A stretch of 64,000 nucleotides of DNA from Chrysomallon squamiferum (lineage: Eukaryota > Animalia > Mollusca): NCBI GenBank assembly GCA_012295275.1, contig CM022673.1, positions 22,134,001-22,198,000 of the forward strand, given 5' to 3'. The notes under the pieces were generated by a model. That model was not told the origin of the DNA and ran no database searches. It saw only the letters and a list, made by a program, of their open reading frames with translations. This document shows, one piece after another, positions 13,464 through 26,481 of the stretch (positions are counted from its first letter, which is position 1; every line of letters begins with the position of its first letter). The translations under genes were made by a program, and so were the position numbers.

Positions 13464-14164
13464 CTACTTGCCGAATCCAGCTAATCCTAAACCAAAGCCT
13501 CCTTCGTGGTTGTGGCTGCTGTGGCTGACGACGACACTGCTCTGATGGTGACAGTGACAGCAACATTTTGGACTCTCTTTCTCACACTTCTTACATTTTT
13601 TGCAACATTCACATTTTTTCTCACATCCCTCGCAACCTCCCCCCTCACACCCGTCGTGGTGGGCTTGAACCACTGAAACATTAACAACATATGTTAATAA
13701 GTAACTGAATTATCAAGTTGTGCAGTAACGACAACAAAAACGTTCTATATTAATAAAGAACCATTTTATAATAAATAACATATAATGTAAGTTTTCCCTT
13801 CTAGGATAAAGAAATATTTTTTTTCCGTTCCATCATAACATTTGGTCGTTGTGGACAAGCAAACGTTACAAACGTTTTACAAAATAATAACAATCTTACC
13901 GTAATCAGATTAAATCAAATACTTCACTTTTGTTTCTTCGTTTTATTATCATATTAAACAAACTATAAAATAATTAAAATTAAATAGATTAACCAAAAAA
14001 TATGAGATTTAAACATATTCAGCAACATAGCCAAACAATAATTATAAGTATTACATTAACAAATTTAGTTAAAACCTGTCATCATAAATTAACGTAAGCA
14101 TTATACACATGAATATAAATTACTTACTTAACATTACGCAAATGAATATAATGCAAAATTTCAT
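13464..14164 (-). CDS. Secreted Cys/His-rich peptide A: MKFCIIFICVMLMVQA/HHDGCEGGGCEGCEKKCECCKKCKKCEKESPKCCCHCHHQSSVVVSHSSHNHEGGFGLGLAGFGK*. Coding exons 14164-14128 and 13672-13464; 3'UTR exon from 11939
   Basis: Phase-1 intron A|gtaagt...tttcag|TG. Hydrophobic leader ending VQA. TATATAAA at about 14248-14255 (minus). Donor CAG|gtaaat 34 nt after the stop. Motifs match the paralogs. Confidence 0.85.
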
Positions 14165-14533
14165 GATCACAGTATATCGAATACAATTATATTTCAATTA
14201 CTGAGCGAATTTGCTATAATTTCGCTTTGCTACATTATGATGTAGATATTTATATAAACCCTTGCGAGGCCTCCCGCTGTTTGCAAACGTACGTTACTGC
14301 AGACAAGTTTGTACATGTTGATTACGACATACTATTTACAGTCAAAAACGGCGATGAACCATATGAAGAAGGGTTTTATATAACAGCTGGTGGTTACAAA
14401 AAATGCAGTTTATGAGGTAAATATTAATACATTATCTATATGCCGCAGAAAGTTCTCGCACTAAGTAAAGAAAGTCTCTCTATATAAATAGAACATATCT
14501 AACAGTTTTAGTTGTTTTTGTTTCTTTGTCTTC

Positions 14534-14615
<82 letters not shown>

Positions 14616-14621
14616 ATAAAA

Positions 14622-14895
14622 TACAGCTGCGAATCCTGGGACAGTTTCGGATATCGGAATACAAAGAGATAGTCGTAAATTAGAATTTAAGTTTAAATAC
14701 GAATTTCACTTATATAAATAGTTTGCATGACTTTTAATATAATATTTTAAATTATTTGGAGCAGAAAATAAAGTTTATTTATGCAGAACAATGCAAAAAC
14801 TGTAAAATACTACTATTTGTACTCCACTGAAAAAGTATCGGATTTAAGAACTTCTCGGATTTCGGAATTTCGGACAAAAAGGATCTTAATCTGTA
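14622..14895. mobile_element. Possible decayed pogo/Tigger-like MITE
   Basis: Bounded by TA-CAG...CTG-TA with weak terminal complementarity (CAGCTGCGAATCC vs GGATCTTAATCTG) and internal TTCGGA repeats. Family assignment is by resemblance only. Confidence 0.35.
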
Positions 14896-15405
14896 GTAAT
14901 AACAAATCTATTAGTTTCAAGCGATATAATATTATTTATGTATGTATAAGCATGTATCTGTATGAATGCAGTTCAGGATTTTGAATATTCTCTGTCTTAT
15001 GTACGTTAGATTAGACTCTGCACTTAGACAGCATTTGAGAACGCACTGGCCCAGGAGTACAAAGTCCAATCACGACCTGACAAACCCCGTCAGATGCCGC
15101 TGACGAGACTCGAACGTTTGGCAGCCATTCGCCAAAACGCCGTTCTTTGTCTCCTTCGTCATTTTGCGTGCATCTATTTTTTGTGAGAAACCTGGTACAA
15201 CCAGTATGTAGTTTAGGATTTGAATTATAAAGCCCAAAAATAAATTAGAAATCAAACATTCTATTAGAAGCAAACATTAATCGATAAAATCCAGATATAG
15301 AAATGTTACAGTTTATAAAGCATTTCGATGCCTGTTTGTTATTCAAAACGTATCATATTCACTATTTAAGGTTGTCAAGCAGTTATTCTCGAATAATAAT
15401 AATAG

Positions 15406-15472
<67 letters not shown>

Positions 15473-15544
15473 TCTTCTTCTTTTTTTTTTTCATGAGCTA
15501 GCTTAAAAAAAAAAAAATAATAATAATAATTTAAAAAAACAGTT

Positions 15545-15699
15545 AAGAATTGTCATGTTTGTAAACTATTTACTTAGAATATTATCTGCTGTTTGGAAGG
15601 GCGAGAACTCATTGTTGTGGAATCTACAGCAATCAGTTTTCTCCCTTCCAAAGAGCTGATAATTTTGAAGGTAAAGAGTTTGCAACCATGCCATTTCTT
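15545..15699. repeat. ~155-bp imperfect palindrome (foldback or MITE-like hairpin)
   Basis: The left arm aagaattgtcatgtttgtaaact...tttggaagggcgagaactcattgttgtgg pairs with the right arm ctacagcaatcagttttctcccttccaaa...agtttgcaaccatgccatttctt. The loop is only a few nt. Confidence 0.85.
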
Positions 15700-17062
15700 T
15701 CGTTTGGTGTCACTTTCACGTAATGGTTAAATGAAATTAAGAATTGTTAGTCAAATGATCACGCTTTTAAACACTATACAAAGTCATGACTTTTTAAACA
15801 GCGTTTCTGGCGCAATATATTTTTTGAACAGATATTGCAATTTAGACGTTTGTATTCGAGATATACAGTTTACATCAAATAATAATGTTTACATCAAAAT
15901 ATAAAGTTAACATCAAATATAAAGCTTATCTCAAAGTAACTGTTATATCAAAGTCGATCTATCTATCTATCTAGCTAGCTATATATATATATATATATAT
16001 ATTTATTTATTTATTTATTTATTTATTTATCTATATGTCTGTCACTGTCTGTGTGTCTATCTATTTTTATATACTTAGTTACCTGTAATTTCTAGCACAT
16101 AAAAATAAAAGAAGAAATGGTTTTTTTTTTATAGAAAATAATGTTGTTATTGAATTTTTAATGACAGTATATATATATATATGATTTATTATTATTTTCA
16201 TTATTTTAATGTCTAAACTTCCAGAAAACTTGACTAAGATCCTAGCTGCATGGATCCACAGAGGAAACAAAAAAAGGAGTTGAATAGTACTTCTGTTTAA
16301 TTTTAAATAAGAAATTTCTTTTTTTATTCTTTTTCTTTCATTCATTCATTTCTTCATTCAGTCATCCATCCAGTCATTAGTCTTACAAAATATTTACTTT
16401 CTAAAGTATGGAAATTAAAGGGATACTTTATTGTTTAAATATTTTATTTTAAATAGTTGATATGTCGGTTTCGTGAGATCTCCTTATTTGTAGATAAAGA
16501 TTTGTTTAGAGTGAAATGTGCTTGTGTTAGAAAGTAAAATATTTGTTATGCTGTCATACTGTTTAATAATGAATAAATATTAAGAAAAAAGATATGATAA
16601 TGTACAGTGCTTAAATCAAAATGACTGTTCTGATCACAACCTGAGATATAAGAATTTTCCGTGTCAGTAATATAGACAGAAAATCATTGCTTTGATATGA
16701 TCCTTAGAACTTCAAATAAAACTCGATTTTAATTGTGAAGACATTTTCTAGAATAAGACAGTGTAGAAAAAGGTTTTGATAATTTTATAGATAATAGAGA
16801 CTTATAAAAATAACAACAACAAAAAATAGACAACCCTTTATTATCCCAATAACATAACAGAGCGATAAGTTCAACGTAGACTTTGTGAAAGTTTCACAAG
16901 TTGTTTGATGGTCTGAAAAATACAATATGACAGATATAACAGAAATACATGATACGTAAAATAAAGTAAAATAAAATAAAGTCATTTGTATTTATGAATT
17001 CCATTCTTTTTTATTTTATTATATTTGTTTATTTTCAATAGCGAAAATGGAAGTTTATTATT

Positions 17063-17093
<31 letters not shown>

Positions 17094-17293
17094 TTATCAT
17101 TATCATTATTATTATTATTATTTCAGCTCTTGAACTTAGTATTCTTAATGTTAATATTTTTTCAATATCAGCAACCTATCATTTCTATAATCTTTACTTA
17201 CAGGAAAACTTTTTAAACACTTCACTCTTTCCCATAATGTTTACTTGCTTTTTGTAATGCATGTAGCAGAGATGAGAATCAGTTACCCACCTG

Positions 17294-17526
17294 TTATTTC
17301 CCACCAAGTCCCGCCAGTCCTAGTCCGAACCCCCCTCCCAAGTTGCTACTGGAACTTTTGTGTTTCACGCACGTGCTGCTGCTATGGTGACAGTGACAAC
17401 AACATTTGCTGCCGCAGTGGGCGTTGTTGACGGCCACCAGACACACTGAAATGAAAAAAAACGTAAAACAATATTTAATATTGTATATACTTGTATACTT
17501 AAAGTAAATAAACTAATACTACAACG

Positions 17527-17587
<61 letters not shown>

Positions 17588-17866
17588 GAGTGTGAGTGTG
17601 AGTGTGTTATTGTCGTTATTTGTTCAACTGATTAACGAATGAAGAAACAAAGGACTGAATCAGTTTTAAAAACCCCGCTATTTCAGCTGTATTTAAATAT
17701 CATCCAACACAATTTGACACGAGTGGGAGTACGTACTTTTGTAAACATAGATAATGTATTTAAACAATTTTTTTATATTTATCATTTTAGATTTATTCGA
17801 TTTTAGATTTATTAGATTTATTGTTTTTATAGTTGTTTTTTAATTATTAATTTTTAGACCAAAAAA

Positions 17867-17918
<52 letters not shown>

Positions 17919-18162
17919 CAATGACCACAATATTTATTATTATATATTTCTTACGATAATGAACGAATAAATGAACTAAAAAAGTTTGAAATAAATAAAA
18001 ATAATAAAGAAATTAAGAAAATGCATATAAATGAATGAATGAATTAATGAACGAACGAATAAATAAACAAATTAATTAATTAATTTAAAAAAAAAATAAT
18101 AATAATAATGAAAACTTACACAGAACAACTAGTATAAATACAAAAACTGCCTTCATCATCAT
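17294..18162 (-). CDS. Secreted Cys/His-rich peptide B: MMMKAVFVFILVVLLCLVAVNNA/HCGSKCCCHCHHSSSTCVKHKSSSSNLGGGFGLGLAGLGGK*. Coding exons 18162-18120 and 17445-17294; 3'UTR exon from 16912
   Basis: Phase-1 intron T|gtaagt...tttcag|TG. Signal-peptide-like leader. TATAAATA at 18243-18250 (minus). AATAAA in exon 3. Not present in the ORF track. Confidence 0.88.
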
Positions 18163-18242
18163 CCTGATACTGTATATAAGTGTATTACTGCGTGTGTTAC
18201 AGCTATGATACAACTTGTCATAAACACACTACTACATCTACG

Positions 18243-18312
18243 TATTTATACACCATCTCCGTTCTACATCGCTGACTAGTAGTTCATACAACAGCGGGTT
18301 TCTTCTTTGATG
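18243..18312 (-). promoter_or_regulatory. Proximal promoter module of peptide B: TATA box plus CAGCGGG-N6-CTTTGATG
   Basis: The same module recurs upstream of the TATA boxes of loci C (20903-20923), E (30855-30874) and F (33738-33756). Confidence 0.6.
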
Positions 18313-20315
18313 TACACATTCTTAGAGGTGTATTTCGCCAACAGAAGATAAACAAAACACTGTCGAAGTATTTATAAAACATATCGTTCACGCTGGTAAT
18401 AATAGAAAATACTGAACTGCGAGATGATTCTGAAAATAAATACAAACAGTGGGAATGCCAGCGTGTTGTTAGGTATGTGGTGTAATTGTAAATGTTTAAA
18501 TTTCTTCATAACCATATGTTTTAATATATCATAAAAACAAAATTATATTTTATTTTCATTAGATAATTAAAATAATGATGACGATGATTGTAGTGATGAT
18601 GATAATAATAATAATTATGACAATGATGATAATGATAATAAATAAATCACTATAAGAATGTTTTTAAAAATTAAATGTAAATAAATAAACCTATTTATTT
18701 ATTTATTTATTTATTTATTTATTAAAACTGAACTGTTGAAAAAAAGAAAGGAAACAGTAAATTATATTCATATACACTTAAAGATTAGGTCTTGGTATAT
18801 TTATGTATTTTTCATTTTATTAACTTGCAATATGATTATTATTATTATTATTGTTATTATTATTATTCCAGACTTGTAATAAAATGAATCAAGTAATTAA
18901 CAGGAGCTGTAATTGTTGGAATTGTAATGATATGCCGTTGACATTCCCAGGAATAAATAAATTATTTTATTAACTCATTCGGAACATTTTTACACGAACC
19001 GTTATATTCGTGTCAGACACAGGTGTTTTGTGTGATAATAATATTTGAGAAGAAACCCGCTTTAACAATCAGTCATCGATTACCATTCATGATAATTTAC
19101 ATGCACCTATTAAAAGCGGAACAACGAGTCAGTGAATGGTGATAACGCGGCCGCTCTGGGGGACTGATCCTAACAGTCTTCACAGTGAATGATAATGTTG
19201 TAGAGTAATTTTATTTTAAAATAATAATAATAAAAATAATAAAAGCATTTTAGAAAAAAGGAGCTTATTCCAATTATTAAAGTGTAATGAAATAAGATTT
19301 TTGATTTAAAATATTCATTTATTTATATGCTGATATTATTCTTTATTATAATTAATTTTTTAATTATTTTATTAATAAATATATATTAACATTATCAGCT
19401 ATTTATTTATTACTGTCATCATCATTGTGATGTTATATACTTTATTCAAATGTCTAGAGTTTGGTGGGTTAGAGTGGAGATGAGATGAGAAGCTATATTT
19501 AGGTGTGTTTTATCTTGATACTTTATGTCTTGCTTGTCTTTCCTCGCCGTTTATTACTGTACTTCTGTTGAGGCTGTAGACAGATGTAGTCTGATATATG
19601 AAATAATATTATAACTGTCATATCATCTACATAAAAAACTAGTCTGACATGGTAACATTAGCTCTATGTGAATTATAAATATTTATTTATTTATTTATTT
19701 ATTTTTATTTTTACGTACAGTGGATTTGTAGTCAGGCAAGTCAAATGACACGTTGAATACAAAAAGAAAGCTAAATGAAAATTATAATAATTTAGGTCTT
19801 CAGACGTGTTTGAAACATTATTTGTTTCAATATATATATACATTTACATATATATGTAATTGGTTTAAGAGTTTAAGAGTTTAAATACCATATTAATTAA
19901 TCAACCAACAGAAACAAAACACACAATGAACATTTTATTAAACATCAGACAAAACAATAACAACAACAAAAATTCAGCTTTTGATTCAGATTCCCGATTA
20001 GCTCGCAAGTACTGTTTTAACCTGAAAAAAAGAGCAGCATACAAACAAACAAAACAACAACAAATAGAAAAAATAAGATTTTTGTTTATTATGATTATTA
20101 TTATCGTCATCGTGATCACCATTGTTATTATTATTATTTTTGGTGTTGTTGTTATTGTTGTAATCAGTGTCATTGTTGTTGTAGATTTTTTTTCTTCTTG
20201 TTATTATTATTGTTATTATAGCTGTTAGATGTTAAAAATAAATTTTATAAATAATGCATGGACGAAATTTATTTTTATAAATTAATTAATATTTACTTAT
20301 AATGCATAATTATTA

Positions 20316-20372
<57 letters not shown>

Positions 20373-20402
20373 TAAATTAATTAATATTTACTTATAAAGC
20401 AT

Positions 20403-20830
20403 TCACTTCCCGCCCAGTCCCGCCAGACCAGTAGATTGCCGATGTGTTTGACGTGTTTCAAACTGACGCTGCTCGTGTGATGGCAGTGACAACAACACAT
20501 TTACTGTGGTGAGCATCGTTCACAACGATGTAACATACTGAAAAGTTTGAAAAGTCAGAAGTGAAAGAGATAAATCTAATGAATCAAATAAAATCAAATG
20601 ATTGAAATAAAACAGTTAATAAAAGATTTATAAAATCATGAAATAATAAGAAAAATTAAAATTAAAATAAGTAAATTTGAAACTTAGAGTTATTAAAATA
20701 AGCAATATACGAAGGTAAAACAAAGAAGTAAATAAAAAAGCAAAAACTTGTTTACAATCAGCAAAGGAAGAAAAATAAATAAATAAACTTACATAAAACG
20801 AGTAGAGAAAATACTGTGAACAGTTAAGAA
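20403..20830 (-). pseudogene. Pseudogene of the peptide family (locus C)
   Basis: Exon 1 remnant FTVFSLLVL|gtaagt has no in-frame ATG (TAA just upstream). Exon 2 (20537-20403) reads CYIVVNDAHHSKC[+2 nt]CCHCHHTSSVSLKHVKHIGNL[shift]GLAGLGGK*, and the frameshift creates an early TGA. The TATA box and promoter module are retained. Confidence 0.85.
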
Positions 20831-21129
20831 ATGAGTGTATTACACAGACTGTACTGAATGTATCAGTTATTTATACAAACACTGGCTGTGAGGTAACGCG
20901 CTCAGCGGGTTTCCGCTTTGATATAGATCTCACAACAGGTCTTTGTGTTGTAAACCAGCAGTTTGAAATAAACACGGCACAAAAAATCTTTCATTTATAC
21001 CATTGTAATTTGTATTTTTATTTCAAATTCATTGTATAAAGAAATGAAACTCCCATTAAATATATTTTTTCAATCACAAAACAAATATAATTTTTATATA
21101 AAAGGAGAGAACAACAATATTTTGTGATA

Positions 21130-23075
21130 TGTAACTGTATACAAAATTTGCTAAACATTCTCCTATGTCCCCGCTACTATTTCCACGCTAAGAGATAAAT
21201 TAAAGCAACTACAGCTTCAGCGTGCTGGTTCACAGCCCGCAGTTACTTCTCGGCGACGTGCCTAGGACAGCCGGAGAACGACGCTGGCGACACTGTGATG
21301 AACTGTCTGAAGTATCGAACCACAGTTAACACTGTAAATACTGTATTTTTAAGTGTCTGTGGCTTGAAAACTAAACTGCATATATACCAGAATTTTTAAA
21401 CTTTTAAAATCAGTATGATATTTTGTGTTTAACAGAAACCAAACTTGATGATACTGATAAGGTATACAGTATATACAAATAATATAAATAGAAAACCATG
21501 TGTTAAATCGAGCGGCAGTAACCGTGCTTCGAAAGTACAAATTTTTAAAAACATCTGTATATGCGCTACATATTTTAACACTGATACTTTTAACGTGTTG
21601 CAAGACGAACCTAGTAACATATCTACTGAAAATAATATTGTGCTCGGCAGCGACTTTAACGCCAGAACACAGAGACGCCCAGATTATATAATGTGTGATA
21701 CTGAAACAAAAAAAGAATTTTCAGATGAATATTTTAATTTTAAAACAATCTGTTAAATTTAGGAATTTCTCTAGAAAAAAAAAGTCAGGATACAAACTTA
21801 TTGAATTTTGCAAAAATAACATTATGCATGTTGTAAACGGAAGAGTTGGTAATGATAAAAATATTGGTAAAACTACTTGTAAGGGAACAAGTATCGTTGA
21901 TTATGCTATAGCCTTGCTACGTGTATTAGAGAAAAACTCAGAATTTGAAGTTCTTGATTTTGAACCTTTATATTTAAAAATTCAAAGCCCAGTTATTATT
22001 TCCTTTAGAGTGTTAAAAACGAAACAAGTAGACGATATTGAAGAAACTGAATTGAAGTTCCGAAAATGGAATAAATATCTAGTTCACAAACAAGGTGGGA
22101 ACAATGTAAATAAAAAAAACTATCACAACAGTTATCTTGGATTCACATAAGCTAAGAGAATCTTTTTTCACATGAACAGCCTAATGCCACGGTGAACAGT
22201 ATCACTAACTTATTCGTGAACATCGCGGTAAATACATTTGGACATACTAGAAACAGATCTACCCTCAAGCGTGGAAATAATGCTGGTTTGGTGGTCAATG
22301 CATATCACTGAGAAGAAAATACAGAAAAACCAGAACAACTTACAAAAATAGGAAAACAACGAATAACGACTTCTATAGGCCAGTAAACAAGAATGTTAAA
22401 ACATTTAGGAAGACAACTGGAGAAGAGAACAGATATTTTAAATCTTAGCAAATATGACGCGCGAGCTTTCTGGAAACTCCTAAAAACAGAACAAACTGAC
22501 TGTAATGTACCACCTTTAGAAACACTGTACCTGTACTTTAAAGATTAGTAATAATCTCACTCCAGAACCGACTTTACTATAGATTTAGAAAGTAACAAGT
22601 TAGTAAAATATATTAGAAAGTGAAATACTTAGTTGTTAAATATCTCAAGAGCCACAAAGCTTCGAGTCTAGACAATATAATTAATGAATATATTAAGAAA
22701 ACTGTCGATTGTAAAATACACGTATGTGTCAAACTTTCACATTTACTGTTTGAAAATGGTATCTTCCCTGATTCGTGGTTAGTTGGTATAACCAAGCAAA
22801 TTTATAAAAGTGGTGATAAAAAAATCCAGTAAACTATAGACCCATTACATAACTTAGTTGCCTCGGGAAAGTCTTTACCGCTGTGTTAGATTATCTGAAG
22901 TTCAAGCAGGATTTATGTGGTACAGAAGATATATTCAAAGTTAATGATTGTCATGGCATAAACATAAACGAATTGTTCAGTGAGTTTATACTTGTTATAA
23001 TTGTTATAATCATATTAAATTTTGTATGAATGTATCCTCATAACAACGGCCTAAAAGTAAATAAAGTTAAGTTCA
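21130..23075 (+). mobile_element. Degenerate non-LTR retrotransposon (LINE): endonuclease plus start of RT, internally deleted; 5' boundary approximate
   Basis: APE-type motifs NIVLGSDFNART, GYKLIEFCKNNIMHVVNGRVGND and SIVDYAI. Pre-RT motifs LKSHKASSLDNIINEYIK, GIFPDSWLVGITKQIYKSGD, NYRPIT*LSCLGKVFTAVL and LSEVQAGF. Many frameshifts; ends in an AATAAAGTT-type tail near 23060. Confidence 0.85.
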
Positions 23076-23342
23076 GATTAATTCCCACAATTATGGGCGG
23101 TACTGAGGCACGTGCTGCACATGCCAAGTTGTCAGTCAGAACTCAACTGTGTTTTAACCCACGTAGTAATCATGTCTTGTGGGTAAGTTGATTTGTGTAA
23201 GTAAAGAAGTAAACAGAAGAACACATTTACTCGGAAGTGTAGATTGTTTAAAATAATTGATTTTTCAAGAGTAAACATTTCTTTGTATTTCCTAACCAAT
23301 TTGAAAGTCAAATGAAAGACCACCACAGTCCGACTTGCTCTG

Positions 23343-23415
23343 TGCTGGAATCCGGGATTGAACCGGGGACCTTTAGATCTTCAGTCTAGTGCTCTTCCAA
23401 CTCAGCTATTACGGC
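23343..23415 (-). pseudogene. tRNA-Phe(GAA) pseudogene
   Basis: 73-nt tRNA-Phe-like sequence with mismatches in the acceptor stem (C3:A70, T5:C68) and in the D and T stems. Confidence 0.8.
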
Positions 23416-23598
23416 CGACAAATTATGAAGACTAGCTGCTGTGACTGATTCAGTTAGTGAGAAAGATTTGGACTAGTTATATTGGATTATATTTAAACCA
23501 CTCGACCAAGAACTGTCGATTCTATTATTTCAGATATTGCTTATCCCGGGTTTTATAAAATACGTTCCCGATTAAAACAACATTTTAAATTAATTTAA

Positions 23599-23656
<58 letters not shown>

Positions 23657-23753
23657 TGACAAGCGACTGCATATAGAAATATATATATATATTTTCATCA
23701 AATGTTGGAAAATAAAAAAAAAAAACCAAAACACATTTGTCCGACTTGCTCTT

Positions 23754-23814
23754 TGCCGGAACCTGGGGCCTTTAGATCTTCAGTCTAACGCTCTCCCAGC
23801 TGAGTTATTCCGGC
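23754..23814 (-). pseudogene. tRNA-Phe(GAA) pseudogene with T-arm deletion
   Basis: The D-arm and anticodon arm are recognisable. The TTCAATC loop (B box) region is deleted between the repeated GAACC sequences. Confidence 0.8.
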
Positions 23815-25604
23815 CGAAAAAGATGTCTTGCTATTATTTATTTATTTGTTTGTTTGTTTATTAAACTGTCGAATGACAATTTAATAATATAAACGTTATA
23901 ATACTGGTTTGAAAGATGTCTTTCCAAATGGTCGAGTTCCCAATTCATAGAATTCCCAAATTCTCGAAATAACACGTCTACCTCAATACCTGATTACCTC
24001 TGTATGTAATGAACTTGGCCTCTTCATGTTCATACAAGTTTTGATTATAGACGGACAATGAGTTATTTACCAATATACATAAATCTGGTTTCTTTATTCT
24101 TCTTTTGCTGTCATGAAGCTGGCACTTGATTCTAACATTTTTTGTAAATCGATTATGTAATATCAACCGAAAGCAGAGCAAGCATTCACTACTCATTTGT
24201 TGTAATTATTTACTTTTCCAAACACAGTCAAGACATCCTAAATTTTATGGTGGATTAAAAACGCATCACAGAGAAGTTTCTGGATTGGTACAATATTTTA
24301 TAACACTGTACCTATTACTGAACTTACTGAAACATCAGACACACTGTTTTTAATATGATAGTTTTTAGATGAATACCTTCTTTTTTAATTATTTACATTC
24401 AACTACATTCAGTATATGGACTATTTCGAAATGTTCAATATTGCATACTTTATGCGATAAGCGATATCCATACTACAGTAATACTCGGATTAACAATGTA
24501 ACTGGTTCCAAATTTCCGATCGTTAAGTGAGATATCGTTAAGCAGGAAACTAATTGACATAGAATTAAGGTTAAAAACAGTGATTAAATAAGGAGAATAA
24601 AACGGCAATTTAGACATAAATGATTTAATAGATCATAGATATTAAACAAACAGTAAATCATTTACAAATTAGTTTATACAAATACATTAAGAAATAATTA
24701 TATGCCGCTCATTGTGGGTTCATTTTTGCGGGTTTTGTGTTTATTTTAGATATCGTATTTTGTTTCTAAAGTTATTGTCTTCCTTTTCCTTTTATCATCA
24801 GCATTCGCCCTGTACTGTTATTCGTTTTGAGATATTGATAGGCTAAATTACAAAAGCGTTAAGTTTAAATGGAAGCAAAAGAGACAAGACAATCTGAACA
24901 TCACATGTACGTATGATGTCTGCATGTCAGCTGATCAACGTAGCTTAGGGAAGCTCATGAATGAACGAAAACGGACTTAAACACTCATTTGTATCATTTC
25001 TTTCAAGCAATTACATTTCTAGTTATCAATTCGTGAAAAAAAAAAAAAGATCGTTAAAGCGGCATATTAAGCGAGGTTTTACTGTATCTATACAATAATA
25101 ATCGCTTTCCAATTAATCTGGAACAGTTCAATATAATGACTGAGGTAAAAACATGTATGTCTAAGACCACTGAACCACATTTAGCCTTTCGACAAACTGG
25201 GAATGCGACCAGATGGGAGTAAGCCGTTTGAAATATATTGTCAGCTAACACACAGAGGATTATCAAACAACGTAACGACATTTTAAATATATAAAACATT
25301 ATTAGAAAAACTCTATAACTATGCTATGAAAACTAAGCACACTATCACTAATCTAAGAAATACTGACGATTTCAAATTAGAATAATAAACATAACAATAT
25401 GAAAAAAGAATGGCATCTGCGTGTGCAGCGAATTATTTAATTTATATAAAATTTCATTTATTTAATTATTAATAGAAAAATGTAAGCGTTAGTTACGATT
25501 GTCATACATAAGTGTAGAAAATAATTTTTAAAATTTCTTTCATTTATCTTTCGTTGGAAGAAAAAAATTAATAATTGTCGACCGCCAGAGTCCGACTTGC
25601 TCTG

Positions 25605-25677
25605 TGCCGGAACCCGGGATTGAACCGGGGGCCTTTAGATCTTCAGTCTAACGCTCTCCCAACTGAGCTATTCCGGC
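25605..25677 (-). tRNA. tRNA-Phe (GAA)
   Basis: GCCGGAATAGCTCAGTTGGGAGAGCGTTAGACTGAAGATCTAAAGGCCCCCGGTTCAATCCCGGGTTCCGGCA: 73 nt, stems pair, anticodon GAA, T-run about 35 nt downstream. Confidence 0.9.
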
Positions 25678-26067
25678 CGACAAATACCGAGTTCTGGCCG
25701 CAGATACGGAATCAGTTGCCGTAAAAATCTTTACATTTGAACTATTATAAATATATTTGAATTATAATTACAGTCGTGATATTTTGCTTCATCAGTATTT
25801 TTAATTTAATATTTAATATAACTACAGAATAATAATATCTTAAATATATTTATTAGTGCAAACTTTTATTTATTTATTATTTTTTGTTTTTGTTAGGGAT
25901 TTGATAACAAAATGAAATTAATTCACATGAATAAAAGCTTATTCAAAATAAAACCTCAGCAGTCATGTTTATTATTTTATTGGATATAAAGGTGAAAACA
26001 ATAACAACGAGAAACGAGAAAACAAGAGGATTTTCCTCAGCGATATGCCATAATCTGAAAATAAAAA

Positions 26068-26235
26068 TAATAATAGTAGTAAATACAAAACTAACCAAAA
26101 CAACAACAACAACATTAATAATAATAGTAGTAAATACAAAACTAACAACAACAACAACAACAACATTAATAATAATAGTAGTAAATACAAAACTAACCAA
26201 AACAACAACAACAACATTAATAATAATAGTAACTG
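26068..26235. repeat. ~50-bp tandem repeat, about three copies (TAATAATAGTAGTAAATACAAAACTAAC...)
   Basis: Read directly; also visible as the repeated IIIVVNTKLTKTTTTTL in the ORF track. Confidence 0.8.
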
Positions 26236-26322
26236 TAATAACAATAATTATATAGTGTTAATAATAATAGCCTATATTAACAAAAAATACAATAAAATAA
26301 ATAATATCATTAAATCAGTTTT

Positions 26323-26357
<35 letters not shown>

Positions 26358-26481
26358 CTGACAGTTAAAACATTAAAACAAAAAATAAAAATACATACAA
26401 GTTTTAATGGCTTTTCTATTCTGTCATATGAAAAATTCAAGTTTGTACAAAACGTTCTGAGATGTACGTACCGACATATCA

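Noticed and set aside
11875-13528. Long His/Thr-rich and Cys/Val-rich ORFs (up to 485 aa)
   Set aside because: These are translations of a (CA)n-type compound microsatellite that is open in most frames. It sits in an intron of peptide gene A.
13898-13952. Alternative exon 1 for peptide A (donor G|gtaaga near 13899)
   Set aside because: The upstream ATG frame hits TGA and is not hydrophobic. The 14164-14128 exon fits in phase and matches the family pattern.
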